A stretch of 64,000 nt of DNA, taken from assembly GCF_032444005.1 (NCBI RefSeq), contig NC_091286.1, positions 575,236,001 through 575,300,000 of the forward strand, given 5' to 3'. Positions within the stretch are counted from its first letter, which is position 1; each line of letters starts with the position of its first letter. The notes below the pieces were generated by a model. The model was not told the origin of the DNA. It searched no databases and saw only the letters and a list, made by a program, of their open reading frames with translations. Below are positions 33,621 to 43,436 of this stretch, in pieces. This DNA comes from Ranitomeya imitator (Eukaryota). The translations under genes and the position numbers were made by a program.

Positions 33621-34439
33621 TTAACAATGATAAATGTAAGGTTATACACATGGGAAGAAGGAATCAATATCACCATTACACACTGAATGGGAAACCACTG
33701 GGTAAATCTGACAGGGAGAAGGACTTGGGGATCCTAGTTAATGATAAACTTACCTGGAGCAGCCAGTGCCAGGCAGCAGCTGCCAAGGCAAACAGGATCA
33801 TGGGGTGCATTAAAAGAGGTCTGGATACACATGATGATAGCATTATACTGCCTCTGTACAAATCCCTAGTTAGACCGCACATGGAGTACTGTGTCCAGTT
33901 TTGGGCACCGGTGCTCAGGAAGGATATAATGGAACTAGAGAGAGTACAAAGGAGGGCAACAAAATTAATAAAGGGGATGGGAGAACTACAATACCCAGAT
34001 AGATTAGCGAAATTAGGATTATTTAGTCTAGAAAAAAGACAACTGAGGGGCGATCTAATAACCATGTATAAGTATATAAGGGGACAATACAAATATCTCG
34101 CTGAGGATCTGTTTATACCAAGGAAGGTGACGGGCACAAGGGGGCATTCTTTGCGTCTGGAGGAGAGAAGGTTTTTCCACCAACATAGAAGATGATTCTT
34201 TACTGTTAGGGCAGTGAGAATCTGGAATTGCTTGCCTGAGGAGGTGGTGATGGCGAACTCAGTCGAGGGGTTCAAGAGAGGCCTGGATGTCTTCCTGGAG
34301 CAGAACAATATTGTATCATACAATTATTAGGTTCTGTAGAAGGACGTAGATCTGGGGATTTATTATGATGGAATATAGGCTGAACTGGATGGACAAATGT
34401 CTTTTTTCGGCCTTACTAACTATGTTACTATGTTACCTC

Positions 34440-35400
34440 AAAATAACTTGACAAATAAAACCGTATCTATACCGCTCGGTTTCCCTACCGTATATTGGAT
34501 CCTCGACAGCTCAGGTTTTATATCCACTTTCATAAAGGTAATTGCACGTCACTCCTTATATAATTTGTGCCAGAAAATAGGATACCAATCCCCATAGATA
34601 AACGAAAAATAGATCTGGCACTCTTCAATGACTTTAATAGAGTATTTATTTAGGGTAGAACAATCTAAATATAACGTTTCGGTCTTCAACTCAGACATTC
34701 CTCAGACTATGGCAAAAAGTGTACATAAAAAAAAACAAATATTAGATTCATTGTCATCATAACACCTCACGGATATAAAATTCAAAGCTAAAAGAAATAG
34801 TGCATACAATACAGTACAGTAAGTGGCCCAGTATATGCTTGAATAGTGGATCAAAATAGCATACAAGCAAAAGGGATTCGTAGAAACCTCAATCTATTCA
34901 AGACAGTGCAAGACACAATATACAGTATGTAAACATATATTCACATATGCAAAAATATATAACAACCAGTGGTGGTCCTCCTTGGAAAGAGGAAATATCC
35001 AAAATGTTACTACAGAATGTTAACAAAATGAGAGCCCAATGAATTCCAAATCAAACAGAATTGGTAGTAAATATGCAACCATGAAAATACAACCATGACT
35101 ATATAGCGTATACATCAATGAGTTAGGAGAGGTATGGAGGAACTCATGGTTGAATTTTCATGGTTGCATATTTACTACCAATTCTATTTGATTTGGAATT
35201 CATTTTTTGCCATAGTCTGAAGAAGGTCTGAGGTCATTGAAGAGTGGCAGATCTTTTTTTCGGCTTTATATAAACTTTCATCTTCAAGTTTGCTTACTAT
35301 CTGCTTGGTGGATCTTTTGCTTAAAAGCTAATTACGGATTGTGACTTTTACAACTCCCCAGGTGAGCAAATCCAATTTAACTTTTTCTTTTGTAATCCTG
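34440..35400. mobile_element. Degenerate Penelope-like remnant with inverted segments and hammerhead-like motifs
   Basis: Minus-strand CTGAGGA-ATGTCT..AGACC-GAAACGTT at 34673-34705; partial inverted copy at 35205-35250; ~61-bp inverted arms at 35038-35098 and 35144-35204. Confidence 0.5.
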
Positions 35401-35546
35401 ATAATACCCTATTGCACTTATTGTCATTCCATTTTTTTATCTCAACACATAAAATAAAAAGAAGGACAAACGAAAGGTACTAAACCTGTGTCACAGAAAT
35501 GGCTCCGAGCTTAGTGGAGGGAAGCACAGATTAGAACGACTCCTTA

Positions 35547-36252
35547 AGGTGCCGTCACACTAAAGCGACGCTGCAGCGATACCGACAACGATGTCGATCG
35601 CTGCAGCGTCGCTGTTTGGTCGCTGGAGAGCTGTCACACAGACCGCTCTCCAGCGACCAACGATGCCGGTAACCAGGGTAAACATCGGGTTACTAAGCGC
35701 AGGGCCGCGCTTAGTAACCCGATGTTTACCCTGGTTACCATCGTAAAAGTAAAAAAAACAAACACTACATACTTACCTTCCGCTGTCTGTCCCCGGCGCT
35801 GTGCTTTCCTGCACTGGCTGTGAGCACAGCGGCCGGAAAGCAGAGCGGTGACGTCACCGCTGTGCTTTCCGGCTGGCCGGCGCTCACAGCCAGTGCAGAG
35901 AAGCACAGCGCCGGGGACAGACAGCGGAAGGTAAGTATGTAGTGTTTTTTTTTTTTACTTTTACGCTGGTAACCAGGGTAAACATCGGGTTACTAAGCGC
36001 GGCCCTGCGCTTAGTAACCCAATGTTTACCCTGGTTACCAGTGAAGACATCGCTGAATCGGCGTCACACACGCCGATTCAGCGATGTCTGCGGGAGATCC
36101 AGCGACGAAATAAAGTGCTGGACTTTCTGCAGCGACCAACGACATCACAGCAGGATCCTGATCGCTGCTGCCTGTCAAACTGAACGATATCGCTAGCCAA
36201 GACGCTGCAACGTCACGGATCGCTAGCGATATCGTTCAGTGTGACGGTACCT
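35547..36252. mobile_element. Harbinger-type palindromic MITE
   Basis: TIR AGGT(G/A)CCGTCACAC, TTA TSD, long internal inverted arms. Confidence 0.88.
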
Positions 36253-36636
36253 TTAGAGCAATGAACAGAACCACAGAGTACTGTGTCTTCCAGAATTGAC
36301 AAATACCTTCCTCAACTTTGCTTTTTATTAGATCAAGGTTGTGCCTACATACCTCCACTTGGTGGGCTGATATGGGGGCTGGTTGGGGAATTTGCTAGGT
36401 CTTTTAGAAGTTTATGAGATTCCCAACTTTCAGAATATATTCACACCTGGAGGTCTGAGAGGGAGATATGCTGTTCTCATGTTTACTATCGCGATTTTAC
36501 ATTTTTATAGAGATAAAACATGGCATGAATATCATTATCCATTTGACCGATATTAAGTTGGAGGTGTTTGGCCATCCTTACGGTGATGCGAGTGAATGTG
36601 TTATGTTCGTCCTTTCACTACAACGCTGAAAATATA

Positions 36637-37335
36637 TCTATATATATAATTGTCTAAGGGTTTTTCCGTCTGTCTGTCTGTCTTTCTGTCTGTCTGTCTG
36701 TCTGTCCTGGAAATCCCGCATCTCTGATTGGTCGAGGCCGCAAGGCCTCGACCAATCAGCGACGGGCACAGTATTGACGTAGAAATCCCGCGTCTCTGAT
36801 TGGTCGAGTCCGCCAGGCCTCGACCAATCAGCGACGGGCACAGCGACAATGATGTCATAAAGGACGTAGACATCCCGCGTCTCTGATTGGTCGAGTCCGC
36901 CAGGCCTCGACCAATCAGCAACGGGCACAGCGACGATGATGTTATAATGGACGTAGAAATCCCATGTTTCTGATTCAGCGACGGGTACAGTATCGACGTA
37001 GATGTCATAATGGTTGCCATGGCGACGATGATGTCATAAAGGTTGCCTCGACCAATCAGCGACGGGCACAGTCTGCCGCGAATTCTGGAATCATCATTGT
37101 CCATATACTATAGGGACATGCATATTCTAGAACAGGGGTCCCCAACTCCAGTCCTCAAGGCCCACCAACAGGTCATGTTTTCAGGATTTCCTTAGCATTG
37201 CACAGGTGATGCAATTGTTACCTTAGCAAGGCTAAGGAAATCCTGAAAACATGACCTGTTAGTGGGCCTTGAGGACTGGAGTTGGGGACCCCTGTTCTAG
37301 AATACCCGATGCGTTAGAATCGGGCCACAATCTAG
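36637..37335 (+). mobile_element. Non-autonomous Helitron, copy 2, carrying the same hAT MITE (37133-37294)
   Basis: A|TC start; CCCGAT-GCGTTAGA-ATCGGG hairpin then CTAG|T end; reverse complement of 24743-25470 with repeat-number differences. Confidence 0.88.
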
Positions 37336-38447
37336 TCTCCCATAAATATTGGATTGATGCAAACCCCAATATTCATCACTGACCATTGTCTCCAGAGAGT
37401 CTGAGATAATTCCCTGAGATAAGTCCCTGTACTTCTCTGCCTCTGAGTATAAAAAACCTAGACTTGTTGGCGGGTTCTCAAAAGATCTCTGCTATAATTG
37501 CCTACTCAAGGCAGGAGGTTCTACTTCAATTGAGGTTGAAGTGTCAGTTCTTTCTCACTTTCCCAGGTATAATTAATCCCATATGTTCAATGTAAGCATG
37601 ATATGTGTTGTGAATTCTGTGGCAGAGCTCCCTCCTGTGGTCACAAGTGGTACTTCGGCTGATTCTTTCTATGAGCTTCCGTTGGTGGATGTGAGTAGTA
37701 CTGCGGCTTCTGAGTTTCCTTCCTCAGGTGTGTGGTGAAGTCGTTAGGTGCTGCTCTATTTAACTCCACCTAGTGCTTTGCTCCTGGCCTCCAGTCAATG
37801 TTCTAGTATTGGTCTTGCTTCCTCCTGGATCGTTCCTGTGGCCTGTCTGCTCTGCATAAGCTAAGTTTTGCTTGTGTTATTTTTGTTTGCTATTTTTTCT
37901 GTCCAGCTTGCATTATTGGTTTTTCTTGCTTGCTGGAAGCTCTGGGACGCAGAGGGAGCACCTCCGTACCGTTAGTCGGTGCGGAGGGTCTTTTTGCCCC
38001 CTCTGCGTGGTTGTTTGTAGGGTTTTGTGTTGACCGCAAAGCTATCTTTCCTATCCTCGGTCTGTTCAGTAAGTCGGGCCTCACTTTGCTAAATCTATTT
38101 CATCTCTGCGTTTGTATTTTCATCTCAACTCACAGTCATTATATGTGGGGGGCTGCCTTTTCCTTTGGGGTATCTCTCTGAGGCAAGATAGGCTTATTTT
38201 TCTATCTTCAGGGCTAGCTAGTTTCTCAGGCTGTGCTCGAGGCGCATAGGTCTGCTCAGGAGCGCTCCACGGCTACCTCTATTGTGGTTGGATAGGATTA
38301 GGGATTGCGGTCAGCAGAGTTCCCACGTCTCAGAGCTCGTCCTATGTTTTTTGGTAATTGTCAGGTCACTTTGTGTGCTCTGAACTTCAATGTCCATTGT
38401 GGTTCTGAATTACCTGTTCATAACAGTACTGGAGGCCCAAAGTACTA

Positions 38448-41207
38448 ATGCTTCTCAATAGAGGGAAAAAAGAAGTTCTGAGACCATTTTTTTTTCTTTG
38501 CACTGTGTTTTGCCTTTTTTTTCCCCTAGACATTTGGGTGGTTCAGGACACAGGTGTAGTGATGGACATTAAAGGTCTGTCTTCATGTGTGGATCATCTC
38601 ACTGCAAGAGTACAGAATATTCAAGACTTTGTGGTTCAGAATTCTATGTTAGAACCAAGAATTCCTATTCCTGATTTGTTTTCTGGAGATAGAGCTAAAT
38701 TTCTGAGTTTCAAAAATAATTGTAAACTGTTTCTGGCTTTGAAACCTCGCTCCTCTGGTGACCCAGTTCAACAAGTTAGGATTATTATTTCTTTATTACA
38801 TGGCGACCCTCAAGACTGGGCATTTTCCCTTGCGCCAGGAGATCCTGCATTATGTAATATTGATGCGTTTTTCCTGGCGCTCGGATTGCTGTATGATGAA
38901 CCTAATTCGGTGGATCAGGCAGAGAAAAATTTGCTGGCTCTGTGTCAGGGTCAGGATGAGATAGAGATTTATTGTCAGAAGTTTACAAAGTGGTCCGTGC
39001 TCACTCAATGGAATGAAGGTGCGCTGGCAGCTATTTTCAGAAAAGGTCTCTCTGAAGCCCTTAAGGATGTCATGGTGGGATTTCCTATGCCTGCTGGTCT
39101 GAATGAGTCTATGTCTTTGGCCATTCAGATCGGTCGACGCTTGCGTGAGCGTAAATCTGTGCACCATTTGGCGGTATTATCCGAGCATAAACCTGAGCCT
39201 ATGCAGTGCGATAGGACTTTGACCAGAGTTGAACGGCAAGAACACAGACGTCAGAATGGGCTGTGTTTCTACTGTGGTGATTCCACTCATGCTATCTCCG
39301 ATTGTCCTAAGCGCACTAAGCGGTTCACTAGGTCTGCCACCATTGGTACGGTACAGTCAAAATTTCTTTTGTCCGTTACTTTGATCTGCTCTTTGTCATC
39401 TTATTCTGTCATGGCATTTGTGGATTCAGGCGCTGCCCTGAATTTGATGGACTTGGAGTATGCTAGGCGTTGTGGGTTTTTCTTGGAGCCCTTGCAGTGT
39501 CCTATTCCATTGAGAGGAATTGATGCTACGCCTTTGGCCAAGAATAAGCCTCAGTACTGGACCCAGCTGACCATGTGCATGGCTCCTGCACATCAGGAGG
39601 ATATTCGCTTTCTGGTGTTGCATAATCTGCATGATGTGGTCGTGTTGGGGTTGCCATGGCTACAAGTCCATAACCCAGTATTAGATTGGAAATCAATGTC
39701 TGTGTCCAGCTGGGGTTGTCAGGGGGTACATGGTGATGTCCCATTTCTGTCTATTTCGTCATCCACCCCTTCTGAGGTCCCAGAGTTCTTGTCTGATTAC
39801 CGGGATGTATTTGATGAGCCCAAGTCCAATGCCCTACCTCCACATAGGGATTGTGATTGTGCTATCAATTTGATTCCTGGTAGTAAGTTTCCTAAAGGTC
39901 GACTGTTTAATTTATCTGTGCCTGAGCACGTCGCTGTGCGGAGTTACGTGAAGGAGTCCTTGGAGAAGGGTCATATTCGCCCGTCATCGTCGCCATTGGG
40001 AGCGGGGTTCTTTTTTGTGGCCAAGAAGGATGGTTCGCTGAGACCTTGTATAGATTACCGCCTTCTAAATAAAATCACGGTCAAATTTCAGTACCCCTTG
40101 CCGCTGCTATCTGATTTGTTTGCTCGGATCAAGGGGGCTAGTTGGTTCACCAAGATAGATCTTCGTGGTGCGTATAATCTTGTGCGTATTAAGAGGGGCG
40201 ATGAATGGAAAACTGCATTTAATACGCCCGAGGGCCATTTTGAGTACCTAGTTATGCCATTCGGACTTGCTAATGCTCCATTGGTGTTTCAGTCCTTTAT
40301 GCATGACATCTTCCGAGAGTACCTGGATAAATTCCTGATTGTATACTTGGATGATATTTTGGTCTTCTCGGATGATTGGGAGTCTCATGTGAAGCAGGTC
40401 AGAATGGTGTTCCAGGTCCTGCGTGCTAATTCTTTGTTTGTGAAGGGATCAAAGTGTCTCTTTGGTGTTCAGAAGGTTTCATTTTTGGGGTTCATTTTTT
40501 CCCCTTCTACTATCGAGATGGACCCTGTTAAAGTTCAGGCCATCTATGATTGGACTCAGCCGACATCTCTGAAGAGTCTGCAAAAGTTCCTGGGCTTTGC
40601 TAATTTTTATCGTCGCTTCATCTGTAATTTTTCTAGTATTGCTAAACCATTGACCAATTTGACCAAGAAGGGTGCTGATGTGGTCAATTGGTCTTCTGCT
40701 GCTGTGGAAGCTTTTCAAGAGTTAAAGCGTCGTTTTTCTTCTGCCCCTGTGTTGTGTCAACCAGATGTTTCGCTTCCGTTCCAGGTCGAGGTTGATGCTT
40801 CTGAAATTGGAGCGGGGGCTGTTTTGTCGCAAAGAGGTTCTGATTGCTCGGTGATGAAGCCATGCGCCTTCTTTTCCAGGAAGTTTTCGCCTGCTGAGCG
40901 AAATTATGATGTTGGCAATCGAGAGTTGCTGGCCATGAAGTGGGCATTCGAGGAGTGGCGTCATTGGCTTGAAGGAGCTAAGCATCGCATGGTGGTCTTG
41001 ACTGATCACAAGAACTTGACTTATCTCGAGTCTGCCAAATGGTTGAATCCTAGACAGGCTCGTTGGTCGCTGTTTTTCTCCCGTTTTGACTTTGTGGTTT
41101 CGTACCTTCCGGGCTCTAAAAATGTGAAGGCGGATGCCCTGTCTAGGAGTTTTGTGCCCGACTCCCGGGTTTGTCTGAGCCGGCGGGTATTCTCAAAGAG
41201 GGAGTAA
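38448..41207 (+). CDS. Gag-protease-RT-RNase H, 919 aa; frameshifts near 41170 into the integrase frame
   Basis: PDLFSGDRAKF, CFYCGDSTHAISDC, FVDSGA, YLDDILVFS and EVDASEIGAGAVL motifs. Confidence 0.93.
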   Translation: MLLNRGKKEVLRPFFFLCTVFCLFFPLDIWVVQDTGVVMDIKGLSSCVDHLTARVQNIQDFVVQNSMLEPRIPIPDLFSGDRAKFLSFKNNCKLFLALKPRSSGDPVQQVRIIISLLHGDPQDWAFSLAPGDPALCNIDAFFLALGLLYDEPNSVDQAEKNLLALCQGQDEIEIYCQKFTKWSVLTQWNEGALAAIFRKGLSEALKDVMVGFPMPAGLNESMSLAIQIGRRLRERKSVHHLAVLSEHKPEPMQCDRTLTRVERQEHRRQNGLCFYCGDSTHAISDCPKRTKRFTRSATIGTVQSKFLLSVTLICSLSSYSVMAFVDSGAALNLMDLEYARRCGFFLEPLQCPIPLRGIDATPLAKNKPQYWTQLTMCMAPAHQEDIRFLVLHNLHDVVVLGLPWLQVHNPVLDWKSMSVSSWGCQGVHGDVPFLSISSSTPSEVPEFLSDYRDVFDEPKSNALPPHRDCDCAINLIPGSKFPKGRLFNLSVPEHVAVRSYVKESLEKGHIRPSSSPLGAGFFFVAKKDGSLRPCIDYRLLNKITVKFQYPLPLLSDLFARIKGASWFTKIDLRGAYNLVRIKRGDEWKTAFNTPEGHFEYLVMPFGLANAPLVFQSFMHDIFREYLDKFLIVYLDDILVFSDDWESHVKQVRMVFQVLRANSLFVKGSKCLFGVQKVSFLGFIFSPSTIEMDPVKVQAIYDWTQPTSLKSLQKFLGFANFYRRFICNFSSIAKPLTNLTKKGADVVNWSSAAVEAFQELKRRFSSAPVLCQPDVSLPFQVEVDASEIGAGAVLSQRGSDCSVMKPCAFFSRKFSPAERNYDVGNRELLAMKWAFEEWRHWLEGAKHRMVVLTDHKNLTYLESAKWLNPRQARWSLFFSRFDFVVSYLPGSKNVKADALSRSFVPDSRVCLSRRVFSKRE

Positions 41208-42339
41208 TTTTGTCTGCCATCTCCCCTGATTTGCGGCGGGTGCTGCAAAAATTTCAGGCTAATAAACCTGATCGTTGCCCAGCGGAGAAACTGTTTGTCC
41301 CTGATAGGTGGACGAATAAAGTTATCTCTGAGGTTCATTGTTCGGTGTTGGCTGGTCATCCTGGAATCTTTGGTACCAGAGATTTAGTGGCTAGATCCTT
41401 TTGGTGGCCGTCTCTGTCGCGGGATGTGCGTTCTTTTGTGCAGTCCTGGGGGATTTGTGCTCGGGCTAAGCCCTGCTGTTCTCGTGCCAGTGGGTTGCTT
41501 TTGCCCTTGCCGGTCCCGAAGAGGCCTTGGACACATATCTCTGTGGATTTTATTTCGGATCTCCCCGTCTCTCAAAAAATGTCGGTCATTTGGGTGGTTT
41601 GTGATCGCTTCTCTAAGATGATCCATTTGGTACCCTTGTCTAAATTACCTTCCTCCTCTGATTTGGTGCCATTGTTCTTCCAGCATGTGGTTCGTTTACA
41701 TGGCATTCCAGAGAACATCGTTTCTGACAGAGGTTCCCAGTTTGTTTCGAGGTTTTGGCGAGCCTTTTGTGCTAGGATGGGCATTGATTTGTCTTTTTCC
41801 TCGGCTTTCCATCCTCAGACAAATGGCCAGACCGAACGAACCAATCAGACCTTGGAAACATATCTGAGATGCTTTGTTTCTGCTGATCAGGATGATTGGG
41901 TGTCCTTCTTGCCTTTGGCTGAGTTCGCCCTTAATAATCGGGCCAGCTCGGCTACCTTGGTTTCGCCGTTTTTCTGCAATTCTGGGTTCCATCCTCGTTT
42001 CTCTTCAGGGCAGGTTGAGTCTTCGGACTGTCCTGGTGTGGATACTGTGGTGGACAGGTTACAGCAGATTTGGACTCATGTAGTGGACAATTTGACCTTG
42101 TCCCAGGAGAAGGCTCAACGTTTCGCTAATCACAGACGCTGTGTGGGTCCCCAACTTCGTGTTGGGGATTTGGTTTGGTTGTCATCTCGTCATATTCCTA
42201 TGAAGGTTTCCTCTCCTAAGTTTAAGCCTCGTTTCATTGGTCCGTATAGGATTTCTGAGGTTCTTAATCCTGTGTCTTTTCGTTTGACCCTTCCAGATTC
42301 TTTTTCCATCCATAACGTATTCCATAGGTCATTGTTGCG
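41171..42339 (+). pseudogene. Integrase, frameshifted from pol and cut off from the chromodomain by the solo LTR
   Basis: HCSVLAGHP...WGIC (first Cys of the HHCC finger is W), VDFI, SDRG and TERTN motifs, GPY region. Confidence 0.9.
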
Positions 42340-43149
42340 TGTTATGAAAGGTAATTCAGTACCACAATGGACATAGAGGTCAGCGTACATACAGTGACCT
42401 GGCAATAACCCAAAAAACAAGAACGAGCTCTGAGACGTGGGAACTCTGTTGACCGCAATCCCTAATCCTCTCCAACCACACTAAAGGCAGCCGTGGATTG
42501 CGCCTAACGCTGCCTATGCAACTCGGCACGGCCTGAGAAACTAGCTAGCCTGAAGATACAAAATAAGTCTACCTTGCCTCAGAGAAATACCCCAAAGGAA
42601 AAGGCAGCCCCCACATATAATGACTGTGAGTTAAGATGAAAAGACAAACGTAGAGATGAAATAGATTTAGCAAAGTGAGGCCCAACTTTCTGAACAGAGC
42701 GAGGATAGGAAAGGTAGCTTTGCGGTCAACACAAAACCCTACAAAAACCACGCAAAGGGGGCAAAAAGACCCTCCGTACCGAACTAACGGCACGGAGGTA
42801 CACCCTCTGCGTCCCAGAGCTTCCAGCAAGCAGTAAAAAACAAATTGACAAGCTGGACAGAAAAAAACAGCAAACAAATAGCAAAGAGGAACTAGCTATG
42901 CAGAGCAGCAGGCCACAGGAACGATCCAGGAGGAAACAGGTCCTATACTAGAACATTGACTGGAGGCCAGGATCAAAGCACTAGGTGGAGTTAAATAGAG
43001 AAGCACCTAACGACTTCACCACATCACCTGAGGAAGGAAACTCAGAAGCCGCAGTACCACTTTCCTCCACCAACGGAAGCTCACAGAGAGAACCAGCCGA
43101 AGTACCACTTGTGACCACAGGAGGGAGCTCTGCCACAGAATTCACAACA
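42340..43149 (-). mobile_element. Antisense solo LTR of a sister subfamily
   Basis: Reverse-complement LTR with TG...CA ends; 6-bp TSD GTTGCG (42334-42339, 43150-43155); clearly more diverged from the host LTRs than they are from each other. Confidence 0.95.
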
Positions 43150-43155
43150 GTTGCG

Positions 43156-43436
43156 GAGGTACGTGGCACCTATGGTTCTATCTGTTGATCCTCCTGCCCC
43201 GGTTTTGGTGGAGGGGGAGTTGGAGTATATTGTGGAGAAGATTTTGGATTCTCATGTTTCAAGACGGAAACTCCAGTATCTGGTTAAGTGGAAGGGTTAT
43301 GGTCAGGAAGATAATTCCTGGGTCTTTGCCTCTGATGTCCATGCTGCCGATCTTGTTCGTGCCTTTCATATGGCTCATCCTGGTCGGCCTGGGGGCTCTG
43401 GTGAGGGTTCGGTGATCCCTCCTCAAGGGGGGGTAC
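43156..43436 (+). pseudogene. Integrase C-terminal chromodomain
   Basis: EYIVEKILD...QYLVKWKGY..DNSW; rejoins HRSLLR|RYVAP in frame when the solo LTR and one TSD are removed. Confidence 0.9.

Larger units (their letters stand above)
25690..34436 (+). mobile_element. Full-length CR1-clade LINE interrupted by three direct insertions
   Basis: ORF1 with esterase; ORF2 APE-RT recovered across the insertions; 3' tail (TATGTTAC)n ending at 34436. Confidence 0.93.
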
